This document shows, piece by piece, positions 18,501 to 28,559 of a stretch of DNA of 64,000 bases. The translations under genes were made by a program, and so were the position numbers. The stretch is from a virus (Duplodnaviria; Caudoviricetes). The DNA lies in the IMG/VR virus record IMGVR_UViG_3300028832_000138, positions 3,747 to 67,746 of that record; one strand, written 5' to 3'. How positions within the stretch are numbered: position 1 is the first letter of the stretch; every line of letters starts with the position of its first letter. The notes below the pieces were generated by a model. That model ran no database searches, was not told the origin of the DNA, and saw only the letters and a program-made list of their open reading frames with translations.

Positions 18501-20404
18501 GTACCCAATATTCTATAAAATGATGTTAATTCTTCTAGTATTGCTCTTTTTTGAAGTAATGATTTATTTTTTAGATCTATTTTGCTACCAAGAAATTTTA
18601 ACAACTTATCAATATGTAAAGAATCTACTTTTGATAAATTTCTAATGTTTCTAAGTCTTTGTATTTCGTCATGAAATTCATCAAGCAAAAACCTTTGAAA
18701 AACTTCTAATATTTCTGGTATTAATTTTCCACTTTTATCAAAGTCACTTAAATATTCAGTAATTTTTCTACATTCTGGTACTAATAAATAAAATTCACCA
18801 TCTCTATAATATCTCGCAATTGGGTTGTTTAATCCCAATGCTTTTATTTTGTTTTTATTAAAATTATCATCTACAATTAAAAATTCTGTATTATATTCAT
18901 CTGATGCTAAAATAAATCCAGTACGAATATCATCAATTATATTCACTACATTATCTTCAAACACTAATTCATAATTATAATCTAGCGGTAATGTTTTAAA
19001 ATAATCATCATCAGGCCCATATGTTAAAAATCCTCTTTCTGTCGCAAAATTTAATGTCTGTGTTGAGTTTGGCAACACAACATATTTTATAACATCATCA
19101 GATGTATATTCATGATTTATTATAATTGATTCATTTCCGGTACTAACATAAATATCTTTGTTTGGAATAAGATAACCATTTTTGAATATTAAATATCTAT
19201 CTCTATTATAACTGCATGGTATTGTTGTCCCGCTTGGTGCATTGAAATAATCAATATCTAAATTTGTTTTACAAGAATATATTACAACACTATGGAAATC
19301 ATCTCCAGGTATTCTAAATCTCAATGCTATGGCTGAATTTTTTTCTGCCGTATATGTTATTGTTATAATATCATTTGTGTTTGGTCTTTTTGAAACAGTA
19401 ATACCATAATCAGATAATTCTACTACTACACTTGAATCGCTTATTAACCAATTTTCTCCGTTATATGTAAAAGAATAAACTCCAGTTGTTCTTGTTTGTG
19501 TTTCAAAAATTGATTTATTAACGTGAACATCGTTATAACCTAACGAATCTCCATATGTATATGTTAGTGTTATTTTATCGTTGTTTAATGGAATCCCCGT
19601 ATAACTAATTCCATATAGAGATAAATTAACTGGTTCTCTATAATGTTCCCAATGAGCGTTTGCATCTATATTGATCGTAATTTTATCGTTTGCTATTGGG
19701 TTGCCGACATAACTAATACCGTATTCTGCTATATTATCTATTTCTTGATTGTCGAGTGTCCATTTTGTTCCATTATATATAAATTCATAAGTGCCTGCAG
19801 TTTGTATTTGTTCGTTAAATTCTGCAAAATCAACAACTAAATCAGTAAGATGTTCAAAACCAACCGTAACACGGGCACTGCTGTTATCTTTGTATGTAAA
19901 TTCTCCAATATAATCATGTGTTGGGGAAAAGTTTTCTTCTAATATTTCAACATCAACAGTTAAATCACTTAAACTATCTCCTTGTGTTTGTTCTACTGTT
20001 GCTACACTTGGATATGGAGTACTTTCAACACTATATATTAAAGTACTAGCTGCATCTTGAGTAAGTAATTCATATTCATAATCTTCTAATAATCTTCCAT
20101 CAACAAATACCAACAATTTATTTGGTGATAAGCCTTGAAGCCATTCACCATTCATATCATATTTTTCAATGATTGTGCCAAAATTATCTAATACAACATT
20201 AAAATTATATACTTTAGCGTCATTGTAACCATAAGTAAGTGTAATATATTCAGTTGATTCCTTATATATATTTAATTCACGGTTTACCAATGAATACATT
20301 CTATTATCTACAGCCTTTCCGTCAATAAAACACAATATTGGCATTGTATTTTGATTGACTTTTACACCACCTTTAATATATATTTTGTTTAGATCTGATA
20401 TCAT
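15581..20404 (-). CDS. large baseplate wedge protein (gp7-like position) with inserted Gly-rich and repeat modules
   Basis: Follows the gp6-like gene; core HIDKLLKFLGSKIDL...RAILEELTSFYRILGTKNSY resembles gp7/tail protein I. Confidence 0.65.
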   Translation of the reverse strand: MISDLNKIYIKGGVKVNQNTMPILCFIDGKAVDNRMYSLVNRELNIYKESTEYITLTYGYNDAKVYNFNVVLDNFGTIIEKYDMNGEWLQGLSPNKLLVFVDGRLLEDYEYELLTQDAASTLIYSVESTPYPSVATVEQTQGDSLSDLTVDVEILEENFSPTHDYIGEFTYKDNSSARVTVGFEHLTDLVVDFAEFNEQIQTAGTYEFIYNGTKWTLDNQEIDNIAEYGISYVGNPIANDKITINIDANAHWEHYREPVNLSLYGISYTGIPLNNDKITLTYTYGDSLGYNDVHVNKSIFETQTRTTGVYSFTYNGENWLISDSSVVVELSDYGITVSKRPNTNDIITITYTAEKNSAIALRFRIPGDDFHSVVIYSCKTNLDIDYFNAPSGTTIPCSYNRDRYLIFKNGYLIPNKDIYVSTGNESIIINHEYTSDDVIKYVVLPNSTQTLNFATERGFLTYGPDDDYFKTLPLDYNYELVFEDNVVNIIDDIRTGFILASDEYNTEFLIVDDNFNKNKIKALGLNNPIARYYRDGEFYLLVPECRKITEYLSDFDKSGKLIPEILEVFQRFLLDEFHDEIQRLRNIRNLSKVDSLHIDKLLKFLGSKIDLKNKSLLQKRAILEELTSFYRILGTKNSYNIFNISDTSIGLENLEQLFTIRNNASPNSKKTITKIITNINQGGLGYKINEQYLLKDQQDGKLTNVKVKVTNTDNYGQITSIAPQVNETIGELDISTGYYDIVSVGDNACFDVKSNGYSYNYTCDPSTDLIGISERLPLGQSMLCQVEGYPGSVTFTKDNMDYNTIRVNLSQKKGTDPIGKWEEDDREYYLKNAKVTRNIDNISCTIHSAIQYSDAYIFDNGTPSDAPYTIKLQPGFYFYEMSGGGGAGGAADSTVGDTADIPSENGYNGEFLSGTFYIAQESVVKIYVGGGAKGSYARGHTPYDSGDPGIGYHSGAKGTPIRVQRKWIWFEKYDTIATGSGGGSSAILINNSLEREARGGNGGNCVSTPVINVDTESQGGKNITYYGGNGGGGSYRGVNNGGAQGGNHSVADNTFTSTGGGNGWVKIKKANINYILTLDNLYNEHVSQGVKFKTSIFSSLLASSVYVTVNSQTLSNVQINKKVFENKLHPTEDGIYIFKYNGFSWVFNDTPNTVMSEYGITYQGVPDTGNTITVKYTYSKNNGEFEVEITGYDSTRNIITQYDYSPKSGENVFTQKNGRLLINSPSNGTDVNAILFPYDTDMFMNIHNVGPEKFNYNLSLNEILSSLATVEQTQGSSLTGLNVNKETLENNYPSISNYTKIFEYDGSGWVYDSEYVNLSNYGISYVGTPHNNDEITLIYIASNISRNYHAGDILKFASGNQSLNNFQIYVDEVNLSGEIKRFHFTPTTGTDPIESLNTPTTMQNGSGGVLFIEAQTQTLAEANTIKEYVDFFTKEELGAVHHTEYRLNVTDYGLVSEGTPNSPYPWTMGEPDEDFGVTINEGGLVTQDRDYGYVKDPVKGKWYQWWEWERDPNYYPTNHIEVTLSPKSSSALNDSLERFFSQFYKIASTVLYIHRVIANYRFGNETIFSINEDGTVNGSILFGFMSGQPIPYETHFLTSDPNRQSRT

Positions 20405-20410
20405 TTTGTA

Positions 20411-23400
20411 TTACTTATAAACTGTTGGTACTATTTCTTTTATTACTAAGTCACTATCATGTAAAATCAATAATTCATTGTCTTCACATGTAATATCTTC
20501 AAGTGGATAAGCCACTGAAAATCTTTTTATATTTTCTACTGATTGAACTGCTTTCCAAATCTTATTTATTGGAATATTTTGACCAATAAAATAAGGAGTT
20601 ATTTTAAACACATCGGCAACAGCTTGTCTTATATTAACTTCAACAACATTTGTGTTTATATTGTCTTCATATTCAACATTTAAGATTATTTTTACATTTT
20701 TTAATCTTGGTTGTTTGAATTCCATATATGTAGTAAAATGATTATATTCCTCTATAATTGGCTCATCTAATCTTTGGGTTTCACTCAATGTATAACTGTT
20801 ACCTGTTAGATTTGCAAAAATATCAATAGCTGGAGAAGATGAAATTATTATTTTTGCACCACTACCCGGATCTTCTTGATTTAAGTGTAATAATTCTAAT
20901 CCGTTTTCGCCAGTATCTATTTTTGTATTGTCTGCCATTACAAGATTTGACATTGTTTCTTGTATTGATTTAGAATAATACACAGATACTTGTCCATTTC
21001 CATTATTTGCATTTGCATTTTGAATAAGAACATGAAAATAAGATTTTCCAGTTCCATCAGCGGAATCAAAATCTATATATAATTTTTCACCTGTTCTATA
21101 TCCATTTATTGTACCAGCACCTATAACTTCAACATTGTAAGAATAATATTTTATATCTTCTGGAAAAGCTGGGATATGCATCTTTACTTTATCATTTGAT
21201 TCATAATCTATTAAAGATACACCTCTACTGTTATGGATATTTAAGTTTTCATCTACAGTTGATACTCTAAAATATCTTTCATCTTGTCCTGGTTCATGCC
21301 AGTTAGTGTTTGTTAAAGTCCAAGTGTTTGTTTCTGCATTATATATTTCTTCCCAAGGATATGTTTTTATTTTTTCTAAATTGTTATCATATTGAGCATT
21401 TTGATAATAATATCTTTTTTGACCTGCATTACATGAAACATTTAATTTTGCACCAGCTCCAGAATGAGCGGGTGTTGTTGTGGTTGGGTGATAAATATAA
21501 TCTGTATTATCTAATATACCAGAAATGTTTGTATCGAATCTGCCAAATTGTATTGCATTATCATTACTTATAAAATCAACACTTTTTATTGATCCACTAT
21601 TTGTTCGCTTGGAAACTCTTAATGCTTGATATATTCCAGTTCCAGAACCACTATATACAATACTTCCGTTTATTACTTCTCCTTGATCATTCGCTGGATA
21701 ATGACCTGCAGAATATTGACCATTTTCTTCAATACTTAAATTCAAAATTTTTCCAGCAGGATCTGTTTGTGTAATTTTTAATTTTGCAAAAATATCATCT
21801 GTCCCACCAGTAAGTGTAAATATCTCACCAGTAGAATATCCAGAAGTCAATGGTGGTTGTCCTGCAGCAGGCTCAAGCAAAGTAAAACTATCAATTGAAT
21901 ATGTTGTTGGTTCTACTTCTGTTACTTTTATTTTTGCATTATGACTACTATCAATTCCTGGTATTTCAAACCAGTCATTTACAGCGTACCCACTTGTTGA
22001 AGAATCGTTATAAACAGAATTTATATAGTAATAAGCATTATGGTATCCCCAATATTGTGTTGGATATTCTTCTCCATCTATTTTTACTAAAATGCTTTTA
22101 TTTTGTGTACCCTCGCTATTTGCAGATGCTGTTGTTAAGTATACAATATCTGGTTCAACGATTCCAGTATCTGTTGTAAATTGTCTTCGTGGATCTGTTG
22201 TTTCTGATAATGGAGAATAAACCCATGCATAATAATCATCATTGTTATTTGCATATAATACTTTTATACCTGGGATTATCATATATTGGCCAAATGCGCT
22301 CAACGTTTCATCTTGTAAAGAATATATTTCTAAAACGTATCTAGTATAGGATTGCCATTGATCATATAATACTGTGGATTCAGAATTTATTTGACTATCT
22401 GTTAGTTCAATGTTTGGTTGATATAAATTTGTTGTATACCAATCTGACCAAGCATGTTCTGTACCTGTAACATTTAATTCTAACTTATTTACGTCAATTA
22501 TTCTTTTCCAATTGATATTATTTCTTACGTGATCAATTGGCGCTTTTGTTGGTGACTCGTTTGTAGCGAATAAAGCAAATCTACCAGGACAATATTTCAA
22601 TAAATCCAATGTTCTTGGTGCTCTAAAAGAAATTGCGGAAATTGGTGTTGGATTGCTACTTAAAAATTCAAAATATATTTTGATTGGATTTGCAAAGCTT
22701 ACATTTTTAGCTCTATCTTCTTTATTAAAACCATCCCAAATAAATGTAAAATTATGCTCATTACTTCCACTTTCATATGGTTGAGTAATAAGCGGGTCTG
22801 GATCTTCTGTATTGTATTTCAATATCGTTGTTATATTACCAGTCCAAGATCTTATTGGGGAGTCTATATCTGAAGAACCAAAATTATCTAAAAATGTAAC
22901 AGGAACATTTCTTTTAATTCTTTCTAAAATACCTTGTTGGCTGGCTACATCATCATAATCCCAAAAATTAGCTTTATCACCTGATATTCTATTTTTTGCG
23001 TTACTGGCTTGTACAAATGATTCTCCAATGTCATTAAATGGATATAAAGAATCATTATAATCATTCACACTTGGATCACACGTTAAAATACCAGTCCCAA
23101 ATCTATCACGATACCGCATTCTTTTTGTGTCATCTAAATTATATATAAAATCAATACTATAAGAACCTGGGAAACCTTTTATTGTGCCAATATTTCCTTC
23201 GAAAACATAAGGATTATATAATAAATCTTCCCCTGCTACTTCTAAATTTGTAACGCTGCCTAATGGTTTATAGTCATAATGTTGAAGTTGTTTAATTCCT
23301 GTATAGAAAACAGTATTCATCATAGATTTATCATAATAACCATTATATTCTGATTCTTCATATTCTCCCCAAACATTACAAGTTATATAACCACATTTGT

Positions 23401-24358
23401 TGATTAGTAATGCTTTGTAATCTTCTCTACTTACAGCTCTATTACCTGATGCAAAAACATATGGCGATGTTTCTTTAAGTACATCAAGAGATTGCATATT
23501 ATAACCACCGCCTGCAACTGTGGTGTTTTGACATTCAACTTGTAATGGTACACTGTTTCCTTCATAATAATGATAAACAGGTGTAACCAATTGAATATCT
23601 ATATTGTCACTAGCAATGTTTCCATCTTCACCGTCATTTGATACAAATTGAATTTCTACTGCTGATCCTGCTCTTGGCAAAATACCTGTAGAATTGTTTC
23701 CGAATTTTATATATGCACGTCCATCTGGATCCATACGTAATATTACACTTTGTAATTCAGTATTATCTATTGCATTATTTGCATTTAATGGTAAAAATGT
23801 TTCGTTTGTGCTCCATTCTTCACCATTTATAAAAACTCTTACAGTGTTTAGATTGCATGTAAAATCTTGAGAAAAATATATACGTTCTTCTTGTTTGCCG
23901 CTAAATGTACTTTTATATGTTTTATATTCACCTTGTATGAGAGTTATAAGTTTTTTATTAGCATTTGCAAAATTTATCGGGTTTGGATTATAAAATTTTA
24001 TACCTTCAGCATCCCATACACAATGTTCTGGTATTGATAAATTGGTAACACCTAATAAATTTTTTCTTTCAACATACAAACTGATTTGAGAAGATACTTT
24101 ACCATGCAATTTATTCCCTAATGTTTCTGCTAATTGATAAATACCAGCTTCAGAATAAACAGTATCAGTATAACAATTTGCCATTGCTGATACTAAACTG
24201 TATTGTAACATTGACCCATAGCCAGCTAATGTTTGCATTAATGAAGTTGCAGTATCTGATGGATACATTGCTTTAAATGTTTGTGATTCATCTAGTGTCT
24301 TATCTATTAAGGCAGTTTGTAAGGTGCTTGGATCATAAATAATTGAATCTAATTTCAT
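20411..24358 (-). CDS. gp6: baseplate wedge protein, gp6/baseplate-J-like, with large insertions
   Basis: IYQLAETLGNK; YIKFGNNSTG; AGGG...SLDVLKETSP...GNRAVSREDY; directly downstream of the gp25-like gene. Confidence 0.8.
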   Translation of the reverse strand: MKLDSIIYDPSTLQTALIDKTLDESQTFKAMYPSDTATSLMQTLAGYGSMLQYSLVSAMANCYTDTVYSEAGIYQLAETLGNKLHGKVSSQISLYVERKNLLGVTNLSIPEHCVWDAEGIKFYNPNPINFANANKKLITLIQGEYKTYKSTFSGKQEERIYFSQDFTCNLNTVRVFINGEEWSTNETFLPLNANNAIDNTELQSVILRMDPDGRAYIKFGNNSTGILPRAGSAVEIQFVSNDGEDGNIASDNIDIQLVTPVYHYYEGNSVPLQVECQNTTVAGGGYNMQSLDVLKETSPYVFASGNRAVSREDYKALLINKCGYITCNVWGEYEESEYNGYYDKSMMNTVFYTGIKQLQHYDYKPLGSVTNLEVAGEDLLYNPYVFEGNIGTIKGFPGSYSIDFIYNLDDTKRMRYRDRFGTGILTCDPSVNDYNDSLYPFNDIGESFVQASNAKNRISGDKANFWDYDDVASQQGILERIKRNVPVTFLDNFGSSDIDSPIRSWTGNITTILKYNTEDPDPLITQPYESGSNEHNFTFIWDGFNKEDRAKNVSFANPIKIYFEFLSSNPTPISAISFRAPRTLDLLKYCPGRFALFATNESPTKAPIDHVRNNINWKRIIDVNKLELNVTGTEHAWSDWYTTNLYQPNIELTDSQINSESTVLYDQWQSYTRYVLEIYSLQDETLSAFGQYMIIPGIKVLYANNNDDYYAWVYSPLSETTDPRRQFTTDTGIVEPDIVYLTTASANSEGTQNKSILVKIDGEEYPTQYWGYHNAYYYINSVYNDSSTSGYAVNDWFEIPGIDSSHNAKIKVTEVEPTTYSIDSFTLLEPAAGQPPLTSGYSTGEIFTLTGGTDDIFAKLKITQTDPAGKILNLSIEENGQYSAGHYPANDQGEVINGSIVYSGSGTGIYQALRVSKRTNSGSIKSVDFISNDNAIQFGRFDTNISGILDNTDYIYHPTTTTPAHSGAGAKLNVSCNAGQKRYYYQNAQYDNNLEKIKTYPWEEIYNAETNTWTLTNTNWHEPGQDERYFRVSTVDENLNIHNSRGVSLIDYESNDKVKMHIPAFPEDIKYYSYNVEVIGAGTINGYRTGEKLYIDFDSADGTGKSYFHVLIQNANANNGNGQVSVYYSKSIQETMSNLVMADNTKIDTGENGLELLHLNQEDPGSGAKIIISSSPAIDIFANLTGNSYTLSETQRLDEPIIEEYNHFTTYMEFKQPRLKNVKIILNVEYEDNINTNVVEVNIRQAVADVFKITPYFIGQNIPINKIWKAVQSVENIKRFSVAYPLEDITCEDNELLILHDSDLVIKEIVPTVYK

Positions 24359-24362
24359 TTTA

Positions 24363-24725
24363 TTACTCTGATATTTTTTGTGTAAAATTACCTACAGCAT
24401 TGTTTACTCTTGGAACACGAAAAGTTACATTTATTGAATATGAATGAACATCTAACTTTTCCAGTGTAACATCTGATGGATTTAATGTTATTCTTGGTTC
24501 CCATTGTAAAACATCTTGATATATAAGCATTGTTATTTCGTTTAATGTAAATGTTGCACTTTCAAACAATAAATTCCATAAATTAGATCCATAACCTCTA
24601 TTAAAAGGAACAGATCCTATTTTTGTTGTAAATAGTCTACTTAATGATTGGGCAATAACTTTCATATCCTCTAAGCAAGCAGGATCTGAGTTTATTGTAT
24701 AATCTTTATTTAAATCTACATACAT
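24363..24725 (-). CDS. gp25: baseplate wedge subunit, gp25/GPW family
   Basis: LSRLFTTKIGSVPFNRGYGSNL..LLFE...WEPRI. Confidence 0.9.
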   Translation of the reverse strand: MYVDLNKDYTINSDPACLEDMKVIAQSLSRLFTTKIGSVPFNRGYGSNLWNLLFESATFTLNEITMLIYQDVLQWEPRITLNPSDVTLEKLDVHSYSINVTFRVPRVNNAVGNFTQKISE

Positions 24726-24758
24726 TTTTCTATGGGAGTTATGTTGAATCTATAGTAA

Positions 24759-24766
24759 ATAGAACT
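24759..24766 (-). promoter_or_regulatory. AGTTCTAT motif upstream of the gp25-like gene
   Basis: Exact intergenic motif 33 nt before ATG 24725. Confidence 0.7.
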
Positions 24767-24792
24767 AAATTTCACACGAAACAAACTTATTA

Positions 24793-25206
24793 TTATATTG
24801 TTGCTGGATTGCAATTACTTACGGTTGCAGGAGTTCTTGTTACAATTGTTGAAGCAGCTAAAGTTAAATCAGCTATTTTATCCATTATATCTGTTATCAT
24901 TGTTTCTATAAATTCTTGTATGGCTTTTATGGCCTTAATAACTTCTGATATATCTCCCCTTATCTCTTCTATTGCTTTTTTTACTTTTTTAAATGCTTGA
25001 TACACCGGAGAATTTTCTAAATCTTTTTCATCTCCTTCTAATTCTTTTTGTTTTTCTTTAGCCCATTTTTTTATTCTTTCAGCTAATTCTCTAAGTTGTT
25101 TTTCAGCGTATTCTCTGCCTTCTTTTTTTATTCTTGCTATTTCAGCATCCCATTCATCAAACTGATTTGTGCAAGCATCTGTCATAGGTGTTTTTGATTC
25201 TGCCAT
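24793..25206 (-). CDS. hypothetical coiled-coil protein downstream of the spike gene
   Basis: 137-aa ORF with an SD; heptad-like charged helices. Confidence 0.8.
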   Translation of the reverse strand: MAESKTPMTDACTNQFDEWDAEIARIKKEGREYAEKQLRELAERIKKWAKEKQKELEGDEKDLENSPVYQAFKKVKKAIEEIRGDISEVIKAIKAIQEFIETMITDIMDKIADLTLAASTIVTRTPATVSNCNPATI

Positions 25207-25218
25207 AATTATATCCTT

Positions 25219-25842
25219 TTATTCTACTGTTATTTTTTTTGATGTTACATCTTCATAGGTCATTGGTGAATTTGGGGGGCTTGTTGGCATTGCTAAATTA
25301 CCAGAATGAGTATGTGTATTAAATATTGTAATAATGTTTTGTAGCAACATTGACAATTTTCTTCCTAATACTGCTGGTTCATCTGCATTACTACCTATTT
25401 TTATTTTACCTTGAACATCAAAAGTAAGATTGCCATTCCAAATCATATGAAATACGTTATTGATTTTTTCTACACCAATAAATTCACCATTTTTTGTATA
25501 TATACCATAATTATTTAAATATTCTGATCCAGATGGCGCTATTTGTGTTTTTGAATATAATGTACCTAAATATAAGATAGAATTAGGATTATTATTTATC
25601 ATTAGCACTAATACTTTGTTTCCAACTTCTGGTACTGCATGAGAAATATCAGAATCACCAAAGCCTAAAAACGTTGGTCCAACTCTGGCGGCCCATGGTA
25701 ATAAATCATCTGCAATATTGTCATGAATTAAAGATATTCGAACTTGCACTCGATATGCGTTTTCTGGATCTTTGTTGTTTACAACTGTTGCTATTGTGAA
25801 AGGATTTGTAAAAAAATTTTCTTGAACTCTTGTATCTTTCAT
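25219..25842 (-). CDS. baseplate central spike (gp5/gpV-like OB-fold with HxH tip), no lysozyme domain
   Basis: VVNNKDPENAYRVQVRI...LLPWA...VPEVGNKVLV; C-terminal FNTHTHSG..PTSPP. Confidence 0.85.
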   Translation of the reverse strand: MKDTRVQENFFTNPFTIATVVNNKDPENAYRVQVRISLIHDNIADDLLPWAARVGPTFLGFGDSDISHAVPEVGNKVLVLMINNNPNSILYLGTLYSKTQIAPSGSEYLNNYGIYTKNGEFIGVEKINNVFHMIWNGNLTFDVQGKIKIGSNADEPAVLGRKLSMLLQNIITIFNTHTHSGNLAMPTSPPNSPMTYEDVTSKKITVE

Positions 25843-25844
25843 TT

Positions 25845-26987
25845 TTAATAACTTTGTTTGCTTGTTCCATTATATCCGGATGTACATAATATTACTTCTG
25901 TGTTTATCCCAAAATTTGTTATTGTCACATTTAAAGAACTAATCATATATCTACAATTTAAAGATTTAACTCTTGTATTTTCGGCACCGTTTGTTGTTGG
26001 AATCAATGTAACAACTTCTCCTAAACGCATTGGAGCATGATATGGACAACTTAGTACAGCACTTGTGGAAAATAAACTTCTAATTCTTTTATTTTGTTTT
26101 TCAGCTAAGAAATAATGGCTATGAAAATTACCAACATCAAATTCCATCATGTTTTCAGTAACACCCTGTGATAATTCTTTATTTATATTTACTATTTCAG
26201 TTACTGCTCTGGTTTTATTCGCATTTTCAGATATTATATTATATCCAAGCAAATCGAATCTATGATTTTTACCACCATACCCATTATTTTTAATATTTTC
26301 TAACCCAGTATTTGTTCCATAAGTTATACTTTTATAGCGATATATTTTATTTTTACTATCATTAGGTGTTTGATCCCCATATTCAAATGTTTTATTTTCT
26401 TTATTGTTATAAAATAAATCGCCCAAATCCTTATAATATAGTTTACGTAATCTATCTATAAACCAAATCATGCAAGAATTTGTACTACGCCATCCATGTT
26501 TTGCTACAAGGTTTAACCATGAACCGGTATTTACTTCGGATGGAACCCATAATTGGATATCATTAGTTTGATCTATTTCACTATTTAGATTATTTATTTT
26601 TGCAACATTTGAAAATACTTCAGATGATAATCCATATATTGCGTATTTGTTTGCACTTCTGAAAAATTCATAAAAATCCAAATATCCTTCTAAGGTTATA
26701 TCGCAAAAATTTTCACTTCCTTTTATTAATACTGCACTAACTCTAAATCTTAATGTTTCTTTTGTTTTATATAGTTTGTTTTCAATAGTTACAATAATCA
26801 AACTTCCATCAACTATTGGTGTTTCACTAATAAATTGATATGTTGTTGTAAAATTTGCTTTACACACAGGGAAGCCGCTAAACATATCTTCTGTGTATAT
26901 AAAATAAAAGTTAGCAGCTATTCGTTTATTTAATAGCTCTATATTGTTTATTGAAAAAGTAACATCATAAACATCACTAATAATCAT
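25845..26987 (-). CDS. baseplate hub protein (gp27/VgrG-N-like)
   Basis: Size and position directly before the spike; C-terminal MRLGEVVTL...RYMISSLNVTI. Confidence 0.65.
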   Translation of the reverse strand: MIISDVYDVTFSINNIELLNKRIAANFYFIYTEDMFSGFPVCKANFTTTYQFISETPIVDGSLIIVTIENKLYKTKETLRFRVSAVLIKGSENFCDITLEGYLDFYEFFRSANKYAIYGLSSEVFSNVAKINNLNSEIDQTNDIQLWVPSEVNTGSWLNLVAKHGWRSTNSCMIWFIDRLRKLYYKDLGDLFYNNKENKTFEYGDQTPNDSKNKIYRYKSITYGTNTGLENIKNNGYGGKNHRFDLLGYNIISENANKTRAVTEIVNINKELSQGVTENMMEFDVGNFHSHYFLAEKQNKRIRSLFSTSAVLSCPYHAPMRLGEVVTLIPTTNGAENTRVKSLNCRYMISSLNVTITNFGINTEVILCTSGYNGTSKQSY

Positions 26988-26989
26988 TT

Positions 26990-27415
26990 CTAATTCAATT
27001 CAATTATTTTATCTATTTTTGATTCTGTATTATTTTTTGTATTTGATTCACTTTCTGTTGTTGCATGATTTGTTAAAATATCTTTTTCAAATGTATAAAA
27101 AATTTTATCATGAACAAAATCTTTAAATGGATCTTCTAAACAACTAGATAAACACATATACCACCATAATTTAGTGTTTCCATATTTTAAATATGATGTA
27201 GAATCCGGTTGCCCATCTTGTGTTTCATCAATATAATATTTACTATGTTGATTATCGAGATTATTTAATTGATAAACCAAATCTGTAAATAATCTTTTTA
27301 TGCCTTTATTTATATCTGATACATTATTTCCTTTTGGATCTGTTATTGTATCAGAAAACCAATAAGAAAAATCTTGATAATCACTTGAAAAAATATCTTC
27401 CAATCCATCCTCCAT
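26990..27415 (-). CDS. baseplate wedge protein, gp53/LysM-like
   Basis: GQPDSTSYLKYGNTKLWWY matches the RPD.isy..Yg...lwW pattern. Confidence 0.7.
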   Translation of the reverse strand: MEDGLEDIFSSDYQDFSYWFSDTITDPKGNNVSDINKGIKRLFTDLVYQLNNLDNQHSKYYIDETQDGQPDSTSYLKYGNTKLWWYMCLSSCLEDPFKDFVHDKIFYTFEKDILTNHATTESESNTKNNTESKIDKIIELN

Positions 27416-27434
27416 TAATATAGTTAATTATTTT

Positions 27435-28556
27435 TTACCCTATTATACTACCAGTCAAAGCACCAATACCTGCTCCCAAGGGCCCCAAAGCATTACCAAT
27501 CATAGCGCCACGAACAGCATTATCTGGTATTGAGCCTGTAATATCACACATACCAGCTGGTTCTACTTTTTTCTGATCTACTTGTTTATCATCATCATTA
27601 TATATCTCATTAGTTTCTAAGTTTAACATTTTGTCATAAACACCAACAGTTAAACCAGCTACCGTTTCAATTGTTAGAGATATTACTGCAGTTTGTGGAA
27701 GTAGTTGGAATTTTCTATGTGCACCATTCTCACTTGAATCATACCAATTATGTAACACTTGTTGTTTTGTGTTCGGATATGTTACTGTCATGTCTGTTAT
27801 TACAGCCCAATCCAGTAATAACATACCACCTATTTGTATAGTGACTCTATGTAATCCTGTTTTACTACCTAAGAATGAAGCACCCCATTTTTGTGCTGTT
27901 TCTAACCATGTTTCTTTATCTTCTCCATTTGTATCTCCGCTTTGTTTTGCTTCTATTGTTGCGGGACCAGGGGTTATTGAATATAAAGATGTCCATGAAT
28001 TTGTGCCACCTGGTAATATTACTCTCCCAAAAGCAGCCAATGCTTCTTGTAAATTTATTCCACTATTTGAGTCAACATCATCAAAAATAGGTATATCAAG
28101 TTTTATTTGTAGACTTTTTGGTTTTTGCCATATTCTTGTTGTATCATAAGCACTAGCCATGCTTTCACTTGAAAACAAAGTACCAATAAGTCCAATACTT
28201 CCACCTGCTATGTCAGATTTTGATGGTGGGCCATATTCTCCACCTATACTATAAGTAAAACTATTTGGAACTTGGGCTCTTATTATTGTTTCTTTGTAAT
28301 TAGGGTCTAATTTATTATCTTTTGTTCCATTACGCAACCAAAAAGTTACAGTATGAAAAGATTTAAAAGCTGAATTATTGTGATATTTGTTTATTAAATC
28401 TAGACAATAATATTTACAATTGTTTTTTATTTTGTTTGGGTTTTTTAATTCAGCAGGGCCACTTGTTTGTTCATAACCATTTGTTTTGTAGTTCCAAACA
28501 AACTTACTTTGTCTTTTTTCAGTGGTTTGATTGTTTATTGGATATGCGTATGCCAT
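27435..28556 (-). CDS. tail tube initiator/baseplate-tube junction protein (gp48/gp54-like)
   Basis: Position between the tape-measure-like and gp53-like genes; VTIQIGGMLLLDWAVITDMTVTY; C-terminal Gly zipper. Confidence 0.55.
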   Translation of the reverse strand: MAYAYPINNQTTEKRQSKFVWNYKTNGYEQTSGPAELKNPNKIKNNCKYYCLDLINKYHNNSAFKSFHTVTFWLRNGTKDNKLDPNYKETIIRAQVPNSFTYSIGGEYGPPSKSDIAGGSIGLIGTLFSSESMASAYDTTRIWQKPKSLQIKLDIPIFDDVDSNSGINLQEALAAFGRVILPGGTNSWTSLYSITPGPATIEAKQSGDTNGEDKETWLETAQKWGASFLGSKTGLHRVTIQIGGMLLLDWAVITDMTVTYPNTKQQVLHNWYDSSENGAHRKFQLLPQTAVISLTIETVAGLTVGVYDKMLNLETNEIYNDDDKQVDQKKVEPAGMCDITGSIPDNAVRGAMIGNALGPLGAGIGALTGSIIG

Positions 28557-28559
28557 TTA

